This document shows positions 21,117-25,391 of a stretch of 25,391 nt of DNA, piece after piece (the first letter of the stretch is position 1; each line of letters begins with the position of its first letter). The notes under the pieces are model-generated. The model did no database searches. It worked only from the letters and a program-made list of their open reading frames with translations, and was not told where the DNA came from. Made by a program: the position numbers and the translations under genes. The stretch is from Octopus sinensis (taxonomy: Eukaryota). The stretch is from assembly GCF_006345805.1 (NCBI RefSeq), contig NW_021836111.1, positions 1 to 25,391 on the forward strand, written 5' to 3'.

Positions 21117-21373
21117 GGAGGCACATAGCTCAGTGGTTAGAACAGCGGACTCGCGGTCGAGGGATCGCGGGTTCGCGGTCGAGGGATCGCGGGTTCGCGG
21201 AATCTCAGACTAGGCAGAAGTTCTGCTGACTCTTTCGCCATAACTTTCTCTCACTCTTTCGTCCTGCACTAGCAGCTCACCTGCGATTGACCGGCGTCCC
21301 ATCCAGGTGGGGAACCTATACGCCAAGGAAACCGGCCAATTATGTGCCAGGCATGGCTTGAGAAGGAACAAAC
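21117..21373 (+). mobile_element. tRNA SINE of another family (V-domain-like centre, RTE-like tail) with duplicated head segment
   Basis: GGAGGCACATAGCTCAGTGGTTAG A box; CTGCGATTGACCGGCGTCCCATCCAGG; tail GAAACCGG...GGCTTGAGAAGGAAC. Confidence 0.7.
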
Positions 21374-21407
21374 ATACATGTACATATATATATATATATA
21401 TATATAT

Positions 21408-21574
21408 ACGACAGGCTTCTTCCAGTTTCCATCTGCCAAAACTACTCACAGGGTTTTGGTCGGCTCGAGGCTATACTAAAAAACACTTGCCCAAGATGCC
21501 ACGCAGTAGGACTGAACCCAGAAACATGTGGTTGGAAAGCAAATTTCTTACCACACAGGCACGCCGGCGCCTAT
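21408..21574 (-). mobile_element. Composite SINE, module A only
   Basis: Reverse complement of 20687-20843. Confidence 0.88.
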
Positions 21575-21724
21575 GCCGATGAAAATATTAAAAGTACTTC
21601 GTCTCTAAAGATTAATTTACTAGATTGAATACAAAAATCAATACGTACACTTTACATGATCCAATACATACAAATTACACGAATCAATACATACGTACAC
21701 GCACACTACCCTAACCCTACGGAT

Positions 21725-21910
21725 TAGGGTATTGAACTCATTGATCGCTACATCACGGGTTTGATTCCCAGAGGAAAGCATTTTATTTCATGTCCTGCCC
21801 GTCCCCCTCAGCTATAACACAATAACCTGTGATGGAATAGCGTTCCGATCGGCTGGGATGTTGGCCTGCTAGCCTAGCCGACGGGGTGGCCTCATTCGAA
21901 AGCTAAACAA
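21725..21910 (+). mobile_element. Diverged CORE-like SINE with a third type of tail
   Basis: GGTTTGATTCC B box, GCATTTTATTTCATGTCCTG..CCCTCAGCTAT core, CCTGTGATGGAATAGCGTTCC, TAGCCGACGGGGTGGCCTCATTCG. Confidence 0.55.
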
Positions 21911-21943
21911 TATGATGTGCCTCTCTCTCTCTCTCACTCTCTC

Positions 21944-21998
<55 letters not shown>

Positions 21999-22599
21999 GT
22001 ATATTTATATGTCTGTCTATCCATCTATATATATGTCTACCTATCTGTCCATATCTATGTGCATCCGTGTATGAGAGAGCACTGTCTGTGTCCAAAGATT
22101 TATAAATATATATCTATTTGTTATCCTATGGCAGCTCGCGTGTTATTCGACGACACGAAATATTATTATTTATTTTTAAAGAAACAAATTTTGAAAATTG
22201 TTCCCAGTAAATCAATTTAAAACTTCTCCTTCCATCATCTCTCAAAATCAATACGTATTCCATAATAATACTATTAATCATAGACAGGAAATATATAAAA
22301 TGAAATAAAATAAAATAAAATAAAATAGAATATTTACAATGAAGAAATACGTGAAACTTTAAAAAAAGTATTTGTAGGACAAGGCATTTGAACTCTGAGG
22401 CTGTTATTCTTCCTTGTTCTCAAAACATATTCATCAACTGAGGAATCTTCTTGGGAAAAGGTTATTTCAACAACAGTAGAACATGAAATGTCAGCTCGGG
22501 AGGTCAGAGGTTAAGAACATCGAAATAAGCATATTCATGTATAATTTAAATTTGCATATATTAACCTTTACGCGTGATATCGTATGGATTGTTGCACCC

Positions 22600-22950
22600 A
22601 CAATACATACACATAGACACACAAGCACAAACACACACACACACACACACACGCACATACACGCGCACACACAGGCACACACACAGGCACACACACAGGC
22701 ACACACACAGGCACACACACAGGCACACACACACATTCTGACTCGCATATACACACATGCACGCACATGCCACACACATTATACGTATTATATATATATA
22801 TATTATATATATATATATATAATATATAATATATATATATATGTGTGTGTGTATGTGTATATATGTAGAGCATGCATATATATATATCGTCATACATACA
22901 TTATACATACGCACGCACGTACATACGTCTGTTTTGCGTGTGCATATATT

Positions 22951-23000
<50 letters not shown>

Positions 23001-23150
23001 TTATTTATTATATATATATGCATATATATGTATGTAATTTATATGTATGTATATATATACGATTTTAATCATATATATATATATATATATATGTATATAT
23101 TATATATGTATTTATATATATTTATATATGTATATGTGTGTGTGTGTAAC
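22600..23150. repeat. Compound (CA)n / (ACAGGCACACAC)x5 / (TA)n tract
   Basis: Direct reading; 12-mer units at 22671-22732. Confidence 0.9.
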
Positions 23151-23576
23151 TCCAAAATAGAATATATATTTCCATATTTTTGCATTTAGTTACAGACAAG
23201 TTTGAATATTTGTCTTCATTTTCCTTTCGTTCTTGTGGGTGAGCCATACACATACGTACACATATACCCACATACATACACATACCTCATTATACACACA
23301 TATACGGTCAGTTCAAAATCAATATTATACCGTACGTTGGCAAGTGTTTATAAATTTATTTCTAACACAGGTCAAGGGCCGCGGTTTTTCCTGACGGGGA
23401 ACGTTGAAGCAAGCGGACAACATGAAAGATAAGACTTCTGATGAACTTAGTACAACGAACACCAGAAGATCGATACACGAATTTGTCCCTGGAGGGTATT
23501 CGAACTAAAGGGACGTACCTCAATGCCGAAAGCTATTTCCCCACCTCTCTAACGATTTTTCATTAGATATGATTAT

Positions 23577-23987
23577 AGGCGTTGGAGTGGCTGTGTGGTA
23601 AGTAGGTTGCTTACAAAACACATGGTTCTGGGTTCAGTCCCACTGCGTAATACATTGGGCAGGTGTCTTCTACTGTAGCCTCGGGCCGACCAAAGCCTTG
23701 TGAGTGGATTTGGTTGACGGAAACTGAAAGAAGCCTGTCGTATACATGTATATATATGTATATATGTATGCGTGTGTATGTGTTTGTGCGTCTGTGTTTG
23801 TCCTCCCCAACATCGCTTGACAACCGATGTTGGTGTGTTTACGTCCCCGTAACTTAGTGATTCGGCAAAAGAGACCGATAGAATAAGTACTGGTCTTACA
23901 AAGAATAAGTCCTGGGGTCGATGTGCTCGACTAAAAGAGGTGCTCCAGCATAGCCACAGTCAAATGATTGTAACAAGTAAAAGAGTA
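23577..23987 (+). mobile_element. Composite tRNA SINE, full length
   Basis: AGGCGTTGGAGTGGCTGTGTGGTAAG head through GTAAAAGAGTA tail. Confidence 0.92.
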
Positions 23988-24494
23988 TTCTGAGATACAG
24001 AAACGGAACTCAGACAAAACCAATTTTAATCTTCGAGATTATTGCTATGACCAATCCAATCCAATCCAATTTCTGTGCCCATCAGCGACTATGGGCCTTC
24101 TCATTGGACAGACAGACGGATACAAAATACAAACTGTCAGTATATGAATAGAACAAGCTTTCGTTTTCGAATGTATTACTGTTCTAAGATTGGACAAGCA
24201 AAACGAAAGACAGATAAACAGACACTAGATGCAGTTTTCAATATGGTGGCGTATAAAACCCGGATTCAGAATGCATATCAATGCGTCACGACAGCGTTCC
24301 AGACTCAAATACGCTGTAAGCACAGTATTGAAGCTGTTGTTGGTTTTATAAGGTTCCGTTGTTGTTGTTGTTGTTGCTGTTGTTGGAAACAATGTTCTTG
24401 TGTTGTTCACTTGAGACGCGTTGTAGAAGTGCAGGAGGAAAATGGCGGAAGTTTGAATCATGCCGTTGTAGTTGGATTATTGTGGTTGTTGTTA

Positions 24495-24563
24495 TTGAAG
24501 ATAGTGATGATGTTGACGGTGATGATGATGATGATAGTGGTGGTGGTGGTGATGGTAGTGGTT

Positions 24564-24595
<32 letters not shown>

Positions 24596-24796
24596 AATGA
24601 TGATGATGACAACGACGACAATGTTGATGCTGATGGTAGTAATGATGATGATGATGATGATGATGATGATAATGATGATGGCGACAACGACGATGATGCT
24701 GATGGTAGTAATCATGATGATGATGATGACGACATCGACGATGATGTTGATGCTGATAGTAGTGATGACGACAACAACAACAACAACAACAACAAC
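24495..24796. repeat. Degenerate (GAT/GAC/GGT/AAC)n array
   Basis: Direct reading. Confidence 0.95.
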
Positions 24797-24800
24797 CCAA

Positions 24801-25017
24801 TTGGTTTCAAATTTGTCACAAAGTCAGCAATTTCGTGGGGGGGCGGGGAATAATCGATTACATTGACCTTAATGTTTAACTGGTACTTATTTTATCGGCC
24901 CCAAAAGGATGAAGGGTGAAGTCAACTCCCGCGGAATTTGAACCCAGGACATAAAGACAGGGGAAATTCCTCTAAGCATTTCGCCCGACGTGCTAACGAT
25001 ACTGGCAGCTCACCGCC
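24801..25017 (-). mobile_element. tRNA SINE (GGCGGTGAGCTGGCAG family)
   Basis: Reverse complement: GGCGGTGAGCTGCCAGTATCGTTAGCACGTCGGGCGAAATGCTTAG...GGTTCAAATTCC...CTTCATCCTTTTGGGGCCGATAAAATAAGTACCAG. Confidence 0.88.
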
Positions 25018-25080
<63 letters not shown>

Positions 25081-25114
25081 ATAAAAAATAATAATAATAA
25101 TAATAATATTAAAA

Positions 25115-25183
<69 letters not shown>

Positions 25184-25223
25184 ATAATTATAAATTGCAG
25201 AAACAAAATATACAAAAAGGTTA

Positions 25224-25259
<36 letters not shown>

Positions 25260-25293
25260 ACCTTTTATATATATATCTTTATCATTTAGAGGA

Positions 25294-25368
<75 letters not shown>
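25018..25368. repeat. (GTA)n, (ATA)n and (TA)n microsatellites
   Basis: Direct reading. Confidence 0.95.
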
Positions 25369-25371
<3 letters not shown>

Positions 25372-25391
25372 TCATTAGAAGACTTGTTGCC

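Noticed and set aside
23425-23470. CUGAUGA...GAAC hammerhead-like string
   Set aside because: GAAC instead of GAAA, no convincing stem II or stem I.
24075-24360. ~95 stop-free non-repetitive codons at the start of the 263-aa ORF, including KIGQAKRK (vaguely YIGQT-like)
   Set aside because: No ATG start, no other GIY-YIG residues, and the rest of the ORF is trinucleotide repeat; compatible with chance.

Overview
Eukaryotic, AT-rich, microsatellite-saturated genomic DNA. The SINE families are ones I recognise from memory as octopus-type, so a coleoid cephalopod (probably Octopus) is likely; this is recognition, not a database result. The window appears to start at a promoter (two inverted GTCACGTGAC-type E-boxes at 400-434, next to a ~240-bp palindrome). 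The rest looks mostly like introns of a + strand gene, for which only short candidate exons can be proposed and no product can be named. Most ORFs in the supplied track are microsatellite artefacts. Real content: (i) about 20 tRNA-derived SINE copies or fragments from several families, one family carrying an internal (TA/TG)n microsatellite; (ii) Penelope-like element (PLE) remnants not annotated in the ORF track, namely an RT fragment (15042-15290, -), a GIY-YIG endonuclease fragment (15885-16067, +) and three related short termini with minimal hammerhead-ribozyme-like folds (best at 20026-20060); (iii) small DNA-transposon MITEs; (iv) an intronless, GC-richer, decayed ~170-codon ORF (11399-11919, -) of unknown and possibly viral origin. 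No rRNA, true tRNA gene or CRISPR array is supported.
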